DNA of 55,834 nt. Source: an uncultured Candidatus Saccharibacteria bacterium (GTDB taxonomy: Bacteria > Patescibacteriota > Minisyncoccia > Phycocordibacterales > UBA9973). Where the stretch lies: contig CAYVDC010000009.1 in NCBI GenBank assembly GCA_964450735.1, positions 1 through 55,834 on the forward strand, read 5' to 3'. A program made the translations under genes and the position numbers. The notes below the pieces were generated by a model. That model was given only the letters and a program-made list of their open reading frames with translations, was not told the DNA's origin and ran no database searches. Positions 1-9,962 of the stretch are shown here, one piece after another; within the stretch, counting starts at the first letter, position 1; every line of letters starts with the position of its first letter.

Positions 1-649
1 GGACAAGTTTGACGCCAAGTTCTTTTGCGAGTGTTTCTGCTTTTGCTTTTGCATTGTTGATAGCTTCAGTGCGTGCCTGTGACTTGATTGAATCATCATT
101 GTCGATGGTAAAGTTTGGACCATTCACATTTGTTACGCCAATCGCGCCAAGACCAGTAACGATAGCTCCTGCTTGTTCAGTCTTTCGAATCTTGACGCTG
201 ATTGTCTGGCTTGCAGTGTAGCCGACAAGAACATTTGTTCCGTTCGGTTGAGGACATGGCACTGTGATGCACATAATAGTCTTGGTCTGGTATTCGTACT
301 TAGGATACGCATTGTAATCCTCAGTCTTAATATCCTTTTCAGCGATTCCTTGTGCCTTGAGATAATCAAGGGCTTTTTTTGCTGTCTCTGTTATAGATGA
401 CTGCGCTTCCTGCATTGTCTTTGCATCTTTGCTTACTGTGAAGCTAATAGTTGCAATGTCAGCTACAGCGAATGCCTCGCCCTCTCCTGAAACAGAGATA
501 ACATTAGTTGCGGTTGTGCCGCTGCCGATAAATTTGTATTCCTTGATAGCCTGCACTCCTTTGACGAGCAAGAAGATCGAAAGGATGGCGAGCATGACTG
601 CGAACGCGCGAGCTACCTTGGGTGTATAGTCTCCAAATAATGGTTGCAT
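1..649 (-). CDS. SIMPL/DUF541-domain protein (YggE-like), truncated by the window edge
   Basis: Absent from the ORF track because the frame stays open to position 1. Hand translation from the ATG at 649-647 gives MQPLFGDYTPKVARAFAVMLAILSIFLLVKG (signal anchor) ...VSGEGEAFAVADIATISFTV...GYTASQTISVKIRK...NGPNFTIDNDDSIKSQARTEAINNAKAKAETLAKELGVKLV. No stop occurs over 216 codons, and the layout is typical of SIMPL/DUF541. Confidence 0.6.
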   Translation of the reverse strand, partial: MQPLFGDYTPKVARAFAVMLAILSIFLLVKGVQAIKEYKFIGSGTTATNVISVSGEGEAFAVADIATISFTVSKDAKTMQEAQSSITETAKKALDYLKAQGIAEKDIKTEDYNAYPKYEYQTKTIMCITVPCPQPNGTNVLVGYTASQTISVKIRKTEQAGAIVTGLGAIGVTNVNGPNFTIDNDDSIKSQARTEAINNAKAKAETLAKELGVKLV

Positions 650-769
650 ATGATTTTACTTAATTAAACTACTAATATACTTATGGTGACGGGCGACCAA
701 GCACTTTATTACACTATAAGTATAGCAAATTTAGTCACACAATGATGTAGGAAAATAGCAAGGGTTTGG

Positions 770-2023
770 TTACTCCGCGCGCAATGCTTCAATTGGATCT
801 AAACGTGCAGCATTGCGCGCGGGTAAGACCCCAAAGATAAGTCCAATGACTCCTGAAACACCTACGCCAATGATGACGCCTGAAATTGGAACTATGAAAT
901 CCCATGCCATACCAAATGACTGTGCTGCTTTGGCAACACCGAACGAAAGCAGTATGCCGAAAACAACACCGATCACACCGCCAAGCAGCGTCAGCAATAT
1001 TGCTTCGAATAAAAATTCATAGAGTATGTCATTTGGTTTTGCACCAAGCGCTTTTTTGAGACCGATTTCTGAAATGCGTTCAGTGACAGCAACATACATA
1101 ATGTTCATTACACCCACTCCCCCGACAATAAGTGAAATAGCGGCAATAGCAATCAAAAGAAACGTGATAGCAGAGAGTATGGTATTGAACGTGCTTAGGT
1201 TTTCAGCTTGCGTCTGAACTTTGAAATCATCTTTGAGTGGATCATCGATGCGATGATTGTTACGAAGCGTTTCTTCAACATCGAGTGCGCTCACATCAGC
1301 CTTGTCCTTATCAATAAGTTCGACAACGCCGTAAAACAAGTGATCGATGCCAACTATCTTTTTTTGAAGCGTAGTTACCGGCATAAATACCTGCTCATCA
1401 TCATTAGAAAATCCTCCGCTTCCTCGCGGTTCATATACTCCTACAACAATAAAGTTAAGATTGCCAATTCTCACCATTTTTCCGATTGGATCATTTTCTC
1501 CAAAGAGATCGACGGCGATATCATGGCCAAGAACTGCAACTTGCGCGAGGGACGTATTTTCTTCTTCAGTATATGGCCGACCCTTTTCAACAACCCCTTT
1601 ATCAATATCAAAACGGCTCGCATCGGCTCCAAAGAGCATTGTTGATTTGCTTTTTTGTGAATATGAAACTATCTCTTGGCCAATAACTGCGCCGTATGCA
1701 TTTCGTACGTTAGGAAGCCGTTTAATGTCTGAAATATCTTTGTTCTTGAGCGTATTTATTTGCACGGCTTGGCTTGCTGAATCCCCGCCAGATTTTGCTC
1801 CATTTGCGATTGCCTTGGTGGACGGAGGCACCTGTGTTTCGATCGTAAGCGTATTTGTTCCAAGCTGTGCGATTTGCGCATTGATGTAGCTTTTGAATCC
1901 AGCTCCAGCAGAAAGAACCATGATCACCACGGCAATGCCGATAACGATGCCGAGAATCGTCAAAAATGTTCTTGAGGGAGAAGCTCGGAGGCCTTTGTAT
2001 GCTTGTTTGATATACAGATTCAT
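770..2023 (-). CDS. MacB/FtsX-family ABC transporter permease
   Basis: ORF 770..2092. It has an N-terminal TM helix, a large periplasmic domain and a C-terminal FtsX-type 3-TM bundle (RISEIGLKKALGAKPNDILYEFLFEA). The start was moved to M24 (ATG at 2023) so it does not overlap the upstream paralog that ends at 2028. Confidence 0.85.
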   Translation of the reverse strand: MNLYIKQAYKGLRASPSRTFLTILGIVIGIAVVIMVLSAGAGFKSYINAQIAQLGTNTLTIETQVPPSTKAIANGAKSGGDSASQAVQINTLKNKDISDIKRLPNVRNAYGAVIGQEIVSYSQKSKSTMLFGADASRFDIDKGVVEKGRPYTEEENTSLAQVAVLGHDIAVDLFGENDPIGKMVRIGNLNFIVVGVYEPRGSGGFSNDDEQVFMPVTTLQKKIVGIDHLFYGVVELIDKDKADVSALDVEETLRNNHRIDDPLKDDFKVQTQAENLSTFNTILSAITFLLIAIAAISLIVGGVGVMNIMYVAVTERISEIGLKKALGAKPNDILYEFLFEAILLTLLGGVIGVVFGILLSFGVAKAAQSFGMAWDFIVPISGVIIGVGVSGVIGLIFGVLPARNAARLDPIEALRAE

Positions 2024-2027
2024 ATAA

Positions 2028-3275
2028 TTACTCGTATCGGAGCGCTTCAATTGGATCAAGTTTCGACGCCTTGATTGCAGGATAGAGTCCAAATGTCACG
2101 CCGGTCAAAACAGAAACACCGAGGGCAAGCATGATTGCAACCGGTGAAATAATAAACGCCCAATCATATCCTGCATACCGAGCTCCAAGCGCGATGGCAT
2201 ACGAAACCGCTCCTCCGGCAAGTATTCCTGCTAGTCCACCGATTGATGTAAGCAAGATCGCTTCGATCAAGAATTGATTTCGTATTGCCTGTGGAGTAGC
2301 GCCGATCGCTTTACGAAGTCCGATCTCACGAGTTCGCTCAGAGACTGTAACCAGCATGATATTCATGATACCAATACCGCCCACTATGAGCGAAATACCT
2401 GCCATAAGAGCAAGGAACAACTGGAGTCCATTGGTAATGTTCGTCAAAATTTTTACTGCGTCAGCAAGATCGCGGACTGAAAAATCATCATCAGATTCGT
2501 TGCGGATTTTGTGCTCTTCGCGAAGCACTGTTTTGATATCTTCAATCGTCGGCTTCACATGCTCTGTAGTATCAACTTTTACTCTGACGAACTGTAAATG
2601 ATTTATACCGAGTAATTGCTTTTGGGCGATCGCAAGTGGGATGACGATCTGGTCGTCTTGGTTTTGAAACGCAACTGTTCCCTGCTTGCTCATGACGCCG
2701 ACAATGCGGAGCGGAACTTGTTTGATTTTAACAACTTTGCCAAGTGGATTTTCTCCGTTTGGGAAAAGCTGCTCATACACATCCCAGCCAAGGACAGTTA
2801 CATTTGCACCCGTTGCTCCTTCTGATTGATCAAAAAAAGTTCCGTATGCCAAAGGCACATTCTGAACAACAGGAAAATCGGCAGTGGTTCCTGTAAACGA
2901 AGTATCTACGCTTTTGTTTCCATAAGTCACTGTTCCTGACCCGTTTGCAAACGGAGCAATGGCGACAGCGTTTGGAACGCGGGCCTTGTTACTCATTGCC
3001 TGCACATCGCGGAGATTGAGCGTAGTGATCTGAACTCCAAAGACCGCAGCCGGCGGACCAGACTCATCGCTTTTGCCAGGCAAGATGCCGATCATGTTTG
3101 AGCCGAGCTTGGTTATTTGTCCGAGAACGAGAGATTGCGCGCCTGCGCCGAGAGACACAATAATGATCACACCAGAAACTCCGATAATAATACCGAGCAT
3201 GGTCATAAGCGATCGAGCTTTTCGGGCACGAAGGTTTCGAAAGGCGTAATAGATTTGTGTGCCGAGGTTTTTCAT
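2028..3275 (-). CDS. MacB/FtsX-family ABC transporter permease (paralog)
   Basis: 415 aa with the same architecture (RTREIGLRKAIGATPQAIRNQFLIEA). It sits in tandem with the 770..2023 gene. Confidence 0.85.
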   Translation of the reverse strand: MKNLGTQIYYAFRNLRARKARSLMTMLGIIIGVSGVIIIVSLGAGAQSLVLGQITKLGSNMIGILPGKSDESGPPAAVFGVQITTLNLRDVQAMSNKARVPNAVAIAPFANGSGTVTYGNKSVDTSFTGTTADFPVVQNVPLAYGTFFDQSEGATGANVTVLGWDVYEQLFPNGENPLGKVVKIKQVPLRIVGVMSKQGTVAFQNQDDQIVIPLAIAQKQLLGINHLQFVRVKVDTTEHVKPTIEDIKTVLREEHKIRNESDDDFSVRDLADAVKILTNITNGLQLFLALMAGISLIVGGIGIMNIMLVTVSERTREIGLRKAIGATPQAIRNQFLIEAILLTSIGGLAGILAGGAVSYAIALGARYAGYDWAFIISPVAIMLALGVSVLTGVTFGLYPAIKASKLDPIEALRYE

Positions 3276-3292
3276 TATTTCAGTTAATGCAA

Positions 3293-4012
3293 TTATTCTT
3301 CCTCATGCTTTACAGCACGGCGTCGCTTGGACACTTTCTCGTCAGAATCAATACGTCCGTCTTTGATACGTACAATGCGTGTTGCATGTTCTGCAGTAGC
3401 AAGATCGTGAGTAACGAGAATGATCGTGCTGCCTTCATCATTTAATTTCTGAAGAATAGACATGACGGTGGCTCCAGATTTTGAGTCCAAGTTTCCAGTT
3501 GGTTCGTCGGCAAAAATAACTGCGGGGTCGTTTACCAACGCGCGAGCAATGGCGACACGCTGTTTTTGTCCTCCTGAAATCTGGTTAGTCATATGGGACA
3601 TACGATGCGAAAGCCCGACGGAATCAAGCGCTTTTTCTGCGCGGCCTTTTCGGTCGCGCTCGCTTCGCGTGCTATAGAGTAGCGGCAGCTCGACGTTTTC
3701 AAGCACTGTCGTTCGCGGAAGCAAGTTGAATGCCTGAAAAACGAAGCCGATGCGGCGATTGCGAAGATCAGCTAATTTTTCATCATCGAACCCAGACACA
3801 TTTTTCCCTTCAAACAGGTACTCTCCAGATGTAAGCCTATCGAGGAATCCAATGATATGCATGAGCGTAGATTTTCCTGATCCAGATGGGCCCATTACTG
3901 CAACGAACTCCCCTTCTTCAATTGCTAGGTTAATGTCGAAAAGGACGGGTGTTGCCACTCCGTCATTTTCGTACGATTTATACAGGTGCTGGATGTCGAT
4001 TAATTTCTTCAT
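3293..4012 (-). CDS. ABC transporter ATP-binding protein (MacB/LolD type)
   Basis: Walker [10 protein letters not shown], signature [15 protein letters not shown] and Walker [12 protein letters not shown] are all present. Confidence 0.9.
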   Translation of the reverse strand: MKKLIDIQHLYKSYENDGVATPVLFDINLAIEEGEFVAVMGPSGSGKSTLMHIIGFLDRLTSGEYLFEGKNVSGFDDEKLADLRNRRIGFVFQAFNLLPRTTVLENVELPLLYSTRSERDRKGRAEKALDSVGLSHRMSHMTNQISGGQKQRVAIARALVNDPAVIFADEPTGNLDSKSGATVMSILQKLNDEGSTIILVTHDLATAEHATRIVRIKDGRIDSDEKVSKRRRAVKHEEE

Positions 4013-4014
4013 TA

Positions 4015-5580
4015 TTATTTTGCGGTTGAGCTTGAAAGGACCACGATCTTTTGACCCGCTGAAAGTCCAGAGATGATTTCAGTGCCATCATCGCCCTGAA
4101 GTCCTACCGTTACTGGGGTTTCAACGTAGGCGCCTTTCTTTTCGTCGGTAACGACGCGAACAATCTTGCCTGACGTTCCATCGAGCACAGCGCGTGATGG
4201 GATCACCAATACTTGTTTTTTGTCAGCTGTGACGATAGTCATGTTCGCTGTCATGCCAGGGCGAACCGTAGCAACATCACCTTGTATCTCAGCTTTGATC
4301 TTGTAGTTCACTACTCCTGAAACAACAGTGCTTGCAGGATCGATGTGCGAAAGTGTTGCAGGATATTTTTGGTCTGGACCGAATGCATCGAGTGTAACTT
4401 CTACCGGCTGTCCGATAACTAAACTTGAAATGTCCGCTTCGTTGATGTTTGCTTCAAGATAAAGATGCGAGACATCTTGGAGAACCATAACGGCTTTTTG
4501 CGCTGTTGCGAGTTCACCAACCTTGATATCTACGCCTGTAATAGTTCCGTCAGCTGGAGCGCGGACTATTGTATCGTTATATGCAGCTAAAGCGCTCTGA
4601 ACATGGCCTTGGGCTGAGAGAACATTTGCTTCTGCGGCCTCAACATCTGCAGATCGTGCTGATGCTTTTTTGTAATTAAGGTCTGCTTGTCGTGCATTTA
4701 CTACTGCTTCTGCACTGGCAATTGCACTTTTCTCATTGCTCTGTGCAGTCGTGTATGCATTCTGTGCAGTGAGATACGTAGCTGCTTCAGTATTTGGAAT
4801 TGTTACTACCCAGTTCATATCACTCATGTTAGTAAAACCTGTTGGGAAAGTAAGATACAGTCCCCGAACACCGAGCGGTATTGCGTTGGTGGTGATCGAA
4901 GTGCTTGCGCCTGTTTCAAGTCCTGAATAATTCATATATCCTGCGCTTCCCCCTCGTGTTGTTATGTAATACGTTCCTGCTTCTGTTCCTGTGTAAGTAC
5001 CAGAGAGCGTCGGTGTATATGCAGGAGTAATTGAGCTTCCAGGAGCAGGCTTAATCGCAAGGCCGGCATTCAACATCGATCGAAGAGCATTAGCTACCAA
5101 ACTTGCTTGGCTTATTTTTGTATTTGCGAGATCAACTTTCGCACCAGCGAGAGCAGTTTCGGCAATTGCAGTCTCTTCGTTTGTCGCTCCTTGAAGAAGT
5201 TTATTCAACGCAGCCTGTGCTGATTTCAAAGAACCTTGTGCTTGGGTAAGCGCACCGAGCTGGCTTTGGTTCGAAAGTGTTGCAAGGGTCTGTCCCTTGG
5301 TTACCTTGTCTCCCACCTTTACTTGAACACTCGAAACCATACCAGATGAAGCAAACGAGAGATTGAGATCGGTCGTCGAAGTTACCGTTCCAGTGGCAAG
5401 AACAGTTGATCGGAGATCACGCAGGGCAACTGTATCAGTTACCAGTGTCGCGGGTTTCTTGCCAGCGCTCAAGGCAATCAGAAGAATAATAATGACAACA
5501 ACAGTAATTGCAATAGTTGTTTTCACATGTGTCTTGATCCAAGACCAGACGGATTTTAGTTTTTCGGTGATTGTATTCAT
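4015..5580 (-). CDS. HlyD/MacA-family periplasmic adaptor (membrane fusion protein)
   Basis: It has an N-terminal TM helix, a lipoyl-like segment (VKVGDKVTKGQTLATL), long coiled-coil Ala/Gln-rich segments and a C-terminal beta-barrel region. It is adjacent to the ABC ATPase and permeases. Confidence 0.8.
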   Translation of the reverse strand: MNTITEKLKSVWSWIKTHVKTTIAITVVVIIILLIALSAGKKPATLVTDTVALRDLRSTVLATGTVTSTTDLNLSFASSGMVSSVQVKVGDKVTKGQTLATLSNQSQLGALTQAQGSLKSAQAALNKLLQGATNEETAIAETALAGAKVDLANTKISQASLVANALRSMLNAGLAIKPAPGSSITPAYTPTLSGTYTGTEAGTYYITTRGGSAGYMNYSGLETGASTSITTNAIPLGVRGLYLTFPTGFTNMSDMNWVVTIPNTEAATYLTAQNAYTTAQSNEKSAIASAEAVVNARQADLNYKKASARSADVEAAEANVLSAQGHVQSALAAYNDTIVRAPADGTITGVDIKVGELATAQKAVMVLQDVSHLYLEANINEADISSLVIGQPVEVTLDAFGPDQKYPATLSHIDPASTVVSGVVNYKIKAEIQGDVATVRPGMTANMTIVTADKKQVLVIPSRAVLDGTSGKIVRVVTDEKKGAYVETPVTVGLQGDDGTEIISGLSAGQKIVVLSSSTAK

Positions 5581-5581
5581 A

Positions 5582-6220
5582 TTAATTATGCGCAGCTAGA
5601 AGTTCAACTTTAAAGACAAGCGTTTCGTCGGGGCCAATTGATGCTCCTGCTCCACGGCTGCCGTATGCAAGGTTCGATGGAATATAAAACATATAGGTTG
5701 ATCCGACAGGCATAAGCTGCAATCCTTCTACCCAGCCTTTGATGACCTGAGTTACGCCGAATTCGATTGGTTCGCCTCGCTTGTAGGAGCTGTCAAAAAT
5801 AGTTCCGTCAATCAATGTTCCTTCGTAGTTAACCTTTACTGTCTGTGATGCTGTTGGTTTTGGGCCAGTTCCCTGTGTAATGATCTTGTACTGTAGACCG
5901 CTTGGGAGTACGATAACGCCCGGCTTCTTTGCATTTTCTGTCAAAAACGCGTTTCCTTTTTCTAATGCTGTTTGTGGTTCCATAGATGATGTTGATGAAT
6001 TATTGTTAGTAACTGATGTTGATGAAGGCTCTTTTGTCGAGCTCGTTGTCGACTGACTAGTGCCCATGGCTTTATTTTCTGCCGTTGCCCACGAATCAGG
6101 GCCAGTCGTTGTATCATTTTTCGCAGGACGTGTCAGTGCAAATGCGATTATGCCGGCAATAAGCACGAAAACGATAATAATGCTTACAATAAGTTTTGTA
6201 TCTGTTTTTGTTTCTTCCAT
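5582..6220 (-). CDS. FKBP-type peptidyl-prolyl cis-trans isomerase, membrane anchored
   Basis: The C-terminal FKBP domain reads LPSGLQYKIITQGTGPKP...VKVNYEGTLIDGTIFDSSYKRGEPIEFGVTQVIKGWVEGLQLMPVGS...IPSNLAYG. The start was set at M82 of ORF 5582..6463 (MEETKTD, followed by a TM helix), because the upstream extension looks like non-coding read-through. Confidence 0.85.
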   Translation of the reverse strand: MEETKTDTKLIVSIIIVFVLIAGIIAFALTRPAKNDTTTGPDSWATAENKAMGTSQSTTSSTKEPSSTSVTNNNSSTSSMEPQTALEKGNAFLTENAKKPGVIVLPSGLQYKIITQGTGPKPTASQTVKVNYEGTLIDGTIFDSSYKRGEPIEFGVTQVIKGWVEGLQLMPVGSTYMFYIPSNLAYGSRGAGASIGPDETLVFKVELLAAHN

Positions 6221-6272
6221 ATGTCTAAGTATACCATACGAGACGAGCTCAAAAAAATGATATACTTCGGGA

Positions 6273-7379
6273 ATGCGCTCACCCATTATTTTCATTTTCT
6301 TGGCAGTCTTTTTAGCTCTTATTGGCGGAGCTTCTGTGTTTATTGTAAGCAGCATTCGCCAAGTACTTCCCATGAGCGCCCATTTTATACATTCATATCT
6401 ATGGGTTCCATTCGTATTTTTCCCCGTTATTTTGGTGGTACTTACAGTAATCAGCAATCTCACATATATCGCATGGACGCGCCCATTTTATATTGTTTCT
6501 TCATTATGGTTGCCTGCACTTATCTATCTTTTCATAGGAGCATTGTTGCTGCGAATATATCTTGCACTTGGAACGAACCTGCAAATCATTCCAGCGCAGC
6601 TCTTTGCACTCCTACTTTCAGCAATCATCGTAATAGCAATGATCTATGGAATTTGGAAAGCCAATACATTTAAAGTAATTACCTCTGAAATAGACGCTCC
6701 AGCCCTGCATGAAGCTTGGCACGACAAAACAATCGTTCTGTTTTCTGATTCGCATCTCGGACTGACTCGGAGCAAAGCATTCATGGCCAAAATAGTAACT
6801 GCAATAAACGAACTCTCTGCTGATGCAGTATTTATTGCTGGAGACTTGATCGATGGCCCGGTATTCCCGTACGAACGAGACCTCGCTCCCCTCGCAGAGC
6901 TCAAAACAACCTACGGAACTTTCTATGCCGCCGGGAATCATGATGAATACAATCGTCAACAATTACAGTATCTCAACGCACTCAGCCCGCTCATAACAGT
7001 TCTCAATGACAAAAAAGTGCTCGTGAACCAGACGCAGATAATCGGAATCGAGTTCGCCGCTGAATCATTTGATTCAACCAAAGCTCGACTGACTAAAACT
7101 GGATATGACGCAACAATCCCAAGCATTGTCATTCTCCATGATCCCAAAAACGTGCCAGCGCTAGCCGAAGCAGGCGTGACTCTTTCATTTTCTGGACACA
7201 CCCATGGAGGACAATTCTGGCCATTCACGTTGCTGGTAAATGGTATCTACAAAAATCTCACCAAAGGCGCCGCATACATCGGCAATCATGCGCATTTTAC
7301 AACTGTTGGAGTTGGAACCTGGGGACCGTTGTTCAGACTCGGAACGCAGCCGGAGATCGTAATAATAAAAATTAAATAA
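6273..7379 (+). CDS. Membrane-bound calcineurin-like metallophosphoesterase
   Basis: N-terminal TM helices are followed by the motifs FSDSHLG, GDLIDG, GNHD and GHTHGGQ. Confidence 0.8.
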   Translation: MRSPIIFIFLAVFLALIGGASVFIVSSIRQVLPMSAHFIHSYLWVPFVFFPVILVVLTVISNLTYIAWTRPFYIVSSLWLPALIYLFIGALLLRIYLALGTNLQIIPAQLFALLLSAIIVIAMIYGIWKANTFKVITSEIDAPALHEAWHDKTIVLFSDSHLGLTRSKAFMAKIVTAINELSADAVFIAGDLIDGPVFPYERDLAPLAELKTTYGTFYAAGNHDEYNRQQLQYLNALSPLITVLNDKKVLVNQTQIIGIEFAAESFDSTKARLTKTGYDATIPSIVILHDPKNVPALAEAGVTLSFSGHTHGGQFWPFTLLVNGIYKNLTKGAAYIGNHAHFTTVGVGTWGPLFRLGTQPEIVIIKIK

Positions 7380-7384
7380 CCAAT

Positions 7385-7421
7385 AAAAAATCCCTTCCTC
7401 GATTGAGAGAAGGGATTTATA
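7385..7421. terminator. Bidirectional rho-independent terminator
   Basis: A 10-bp stem pairs aaatcccttc (7388-7397) with gaagggattt (7409-7418). It is flanked by an A-run on the left and a T-rich tract on the right, and lies between convergent genes. Confidence 0.6.
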
Positions 7422-7442
7422 GTTTCATACTAGGGCACTAGT

Positions 7443-7925
7443 TTATTTCTTTTTCTTTTTTTTAGTAAAGTAAAGAAATTGTGTACCTTTGTAGTACTGC
7501 GTGGCATCATCCATGCGATCACAAAATTCAACATGCCACATTTTGTCGTAGTAGGTAAGAAATACGCTACATATAGTTGCACCACCGGTTGAAGTTTCCA
7601 ATAGGTAATTTGTTCTTTTTTTAAGCTCAACTCCTAATAGTTGCTTGCCCAGTGCTGGGTTTCTAATCAGCAAATACATAACCGGCAAAAACAACTTTTC
7701 CTTCATAAACTGGTAGTTCTTCGCATTTTTGCGAATAACATCATAGGTCAGTTCTCCAGGTGACTCATATACCTCAAGCTTGGGTAAGTCTTCCTGCAAG
7801 GTAATTGTTTGGTGTCTATTTGGTTTTACAAATCTCTGGTACGCAAGTGAATTGAAATCAATCGTATCGCCGTCCTGAAAATGTTCGCCAAATTTAAACG
7901 TTACTGTGGTGTCTGCGTTCTGCAT
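7443..7925 (-). CDS. Hypothetical protein (160 aa, poly-Lys C-terminus)
   Basis: A long ORF with no competing frame and no motif I recognise. It ends in KKKKKK, encoded by a homopolymer-rich tract. Confidence 0.5.
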   Translation of the reverse strand: MQNADTTVTFKFGEHFQDGDTIDFNSLAYQRFVKPNRHQTITLQEDLPKLEVYESPGELTYDVIRKNAKNYQFMKEKLFLPVMYLLIRNPALGKQLLGVELKKRTNYLLETSTGGATICSVFLTYYDKMWHVEFCDRMDDATQYYKGTQFLYFTKKKKKK

Positions 7926-7964
7926 TTTTATTTGCCATCTACTTTACTTGATGGGCTTTTTTGG

Positions 7965-8020
7965 TTAAGAAAAAACAATGAATTCCAAAAATACTTGAAA
8001 TACATTGTTTTTTCTTAACA
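7965..8020. repeat. Perfect 17-bp inverted repeat with 22-nt spacer
   Basis: gttaagaaaaaacaatg (7965-7981) is the exact reverse complement of cattgttttttcttaac (8004-8020). The repeat lies in the intergenic region between two minus-strand genes. Confidence 0.7.
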
Positions 8021-8101
8021 TTTCTTAAAGAATATACAATATATATTATAGCATAGAAATATGCTATTTGTCAATGATACCCTTGTATTCAGTGACTAGG
8101 A

Positions 8102-8716
8102 TTACCAAAAAATAATGGAGAGAGCTGTTCCAAACACAAGATAAAATAAAATATGAGGAACCAAAATGGCGGTAATATCATGGCCCTTTTGAGCAAACCA
8201 GCGTATGCTCACATAACTAATAACGAGTGCGCCGAGCACAATAATCCCCGCTCGAAGCGTTGGTTCAGTAATAAACAGCGGCACATGTAGCGCGGCAAAA
8301 GAGATTGAGAGCCATATCTGAACTTTTTTGTCCGACAATTGCTTCAAAAGAGTTACTAGCATCACTGCGATCACTAAATCCTGAAAGATAATTTCTACTA
8401 TCTTTACTGAGCGAGCAATTAAATTTGCCGAAGGCATAGAAGAAGCAAGTCCGATGAGAATCAAGCTGACTACGGCGATTATTCCATATTTTGAAAACGT
8501 AACGGATTTGGTTGAAAGCGGCGTAAACTTTTCTACAAGTACAAATCCAAAAATGAGCCAGATGATATTTATGATCGGGTTTGCTGCATATGTCAGTCCT
8601 ACTGGTGTAAACACAAAAGTTGATACACCCAAGATGAGAGCAAAAAGTGCGAACAATACCATAACCGTTGTAAAAGTTTCTGAAGGTATATGAAATAGTG
8701 ATGCAATTCTTCGCAT
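8102..8716 (-). CDS. Hypothetical polytopic membrane protein
   Basis: 204 aa with about 6 hydrophobic helices. No diagnostic motif was seen. Confidence 0.5.
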   Translation of the reverse strand: MRRIASLFHIPSETFTTVMVLFALFALILGVSTFVFTPVGLTYAANPIINIIWLIFGFVLVEKFTPLSTKSVTFSKYGIIAVVSLILIGLASSMPSANLIARSVKIVEIIFQDLVIAVMLVTLLKQLSDKKVQIWLSISFAALHVPLFITEPTLRAGIIVLGALVISYVSIRWFAQKGHDITAILVPHILFYLVFGTALSIIFW

Positions 8717-8719
8717 ATA

Positions 8720-9583
8720 TTAGCTATTCCATCTCGCAAAAATTCCACACGGAAGTAATCGCTCAGTTTTTGCTTCTTCGATCGAGAGCTCGCCGATTTC
8801 TATCTCTCCACCGTATTTTTCTACGAGCGATAAGAGGTTATTTTGGTATGCAATTGGCGAATAGCCTGAAGCGTATCCATTGACGAGGAAAAAGAGCGGC
8901 TTGTCGGAAAGTACAGCTTTGCACAGTGTAAGTAATTCATCGAAATTTTCTTCGATCTTCCATACTTCCCCTTTTGGTCCGTGGCCAAAGGCTGGTGGGT
9001 CGAGCAAAATTCCATCGTATTTATTTCCGCGCTTTACTTCGCGCTTAAGAAATGCGACAGCGTCATCGAGGATCCAGCGAATTGGCTTTTCTGCAAGGCC
9101 AGAGAGTTCCTGATTTTTGCGAGCCCATGAGAGGGCCATTTTTGATCCATCAACATGGCAGACCTCCGCTCCAGCCTTTGCACATGCAAGCGATGCACCG
9201 CCGGTATAGCCGAAGAGATTAAGTACTTTGATCTCGCGTTTCGAATTTCGGACAAGACGTTCCATCCAGATCCAGTTCTGCATTTGTTCAGGAAAGAGTC
9301 CGGTGTGCTTGAATGTCGTCGGACGAATTTCAAATGTCAGCCCGCCGAAATCAATGTTCCATGATTCAGGAAGCCGCTGTTTCTTCTTCCATTCCACTTC
9401 TTTTCCTTTGCGGATGAAAACCGCGTCGGCTTTGTTCCATTCCGAGTATGACAAATGCGGCTTCCAGAGAGACTGCGGATCAGGACGGAATAATACAAAA
9501 TCGCCATAGCGCTCGAGCTTCTTGCCGTCGCCGCTGTCGATAAGTTCATAGTCTTTTTGGGGTGTGAGTTTCAGGAGTGCCAT
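8720..9583 (-). CDS. Class I SAM-dependent methyltransferase (RlmI/RlmK-like rRNA methyltransferase fold)
   Basis: It carries the SAM motif VLNLFGYTGGASLACAKAGA, then VCHVDGSK and ILLDPPAFG. Confidence 0.75.
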   Translation of the reverse strand: MALLKLTPQKDYELIDSGDGKKLERYGDFVLFRPDPQSLWKPHLSYSEWNKADAVFIRKGKEVEWKKKQRLPESWNIDFGGLTFEIRPTTFKHTGLFPEQMQNWIWMERLVRNSKREIKVLNLFGYTGGASLACAKAGAEVCHVDGSKMALSWARKNQELSGLAEKPIRWILDDAVAFLKREVKRGNKYDGILLDPPAFGHGPKGEVWKIEENFDELLTLCKAVLSDKPLFFLVNGYASGYSPIAYQNNLLSLVEKYGGEIEIGELSIEEAKTERLLPCGIFARWNS

Positions 9584-9584
9584 A

Positions 9585-9896
9585 TTATTTTTTTATTTCA
9601 GTATTGCGGAGAACTCGGGCAAGTACCAATGTAATAACCACTGCAATAAGCGTAATCAAAACAGAATACAGGAGCTTTGCATCAAGCGAATCCCCTGCTC
9701 CAAAGATGGCGTGGAAAAGCGATTTGAGCGTGTCATCCCATGCAAGTGCCGTCGTAAGACCAAGTGATGCGATAATGAGCGTAATGACGCGGTTTGAAAA
9801 TTGATCAGCAACAGCAGAGACCTTGAGCTCTTTCAAAAGCTCCTTAGTTTCCTCAAAGCTGATATGCTGCGATACTCCTTCTTTGTTTTCGTCCAT
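9585..9896 (-). CDS. Small membrane protein
   Basis: 103 aa with two hydrophobic helices (VITLIIASLGLTTALAW, LLYSVLITLIAVVITLVLA). It sits 1 nt from the downstream gene. Confidence 0.5.
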   Translation of the reverse strand: MDENKEGVSQHISFEETKELLKELKVSAVADQFSNRVITLIIASLGLTTALAWDDTLKSLFHAIFGAGDSLDAKLLYSVLITLIAVVITLVLARVLRNTEIKK

Positions 9897-9962
9897 ATGC
9901 GGATACTATATCACAAAACCCGCCAGATGGCGGGTTTTGCTTGTTACGTATTCCACTATATA

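Noticed and set aside
1208-1645. Many antisense or shadow ORFs of 60-160 aa lie inside long genes. Examples are 1208..1645, 1461..1889, 6221..6673, 12222..12662, 16152..16571, 16523..16936, 18764..19228, 27998..28480, 28162..28581, 25524..25907, 25968..26342 and 48809..49174.
   Set aside because: They lie opposite to, or out of frame with, genes that have clear family motifs. Their translations are low-complexity or rich in Ser, Arg and Cys, as is typical of non-coding frames.
5582-6463. Several ORFs carry N-terminal extensions: 5582..6463, 770..2092, 30182..31084, 42382..42723, 52205..52717, 54782..55423 and 17759..18487.
   Set aside because: The extensions overlap upstream genes, operators or promoters, and they precede the recognisable domain start (a signal anchor, or the L19, RdgB, CsoR or receiver N-termini). 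Internal ATG starts were chosen instead.
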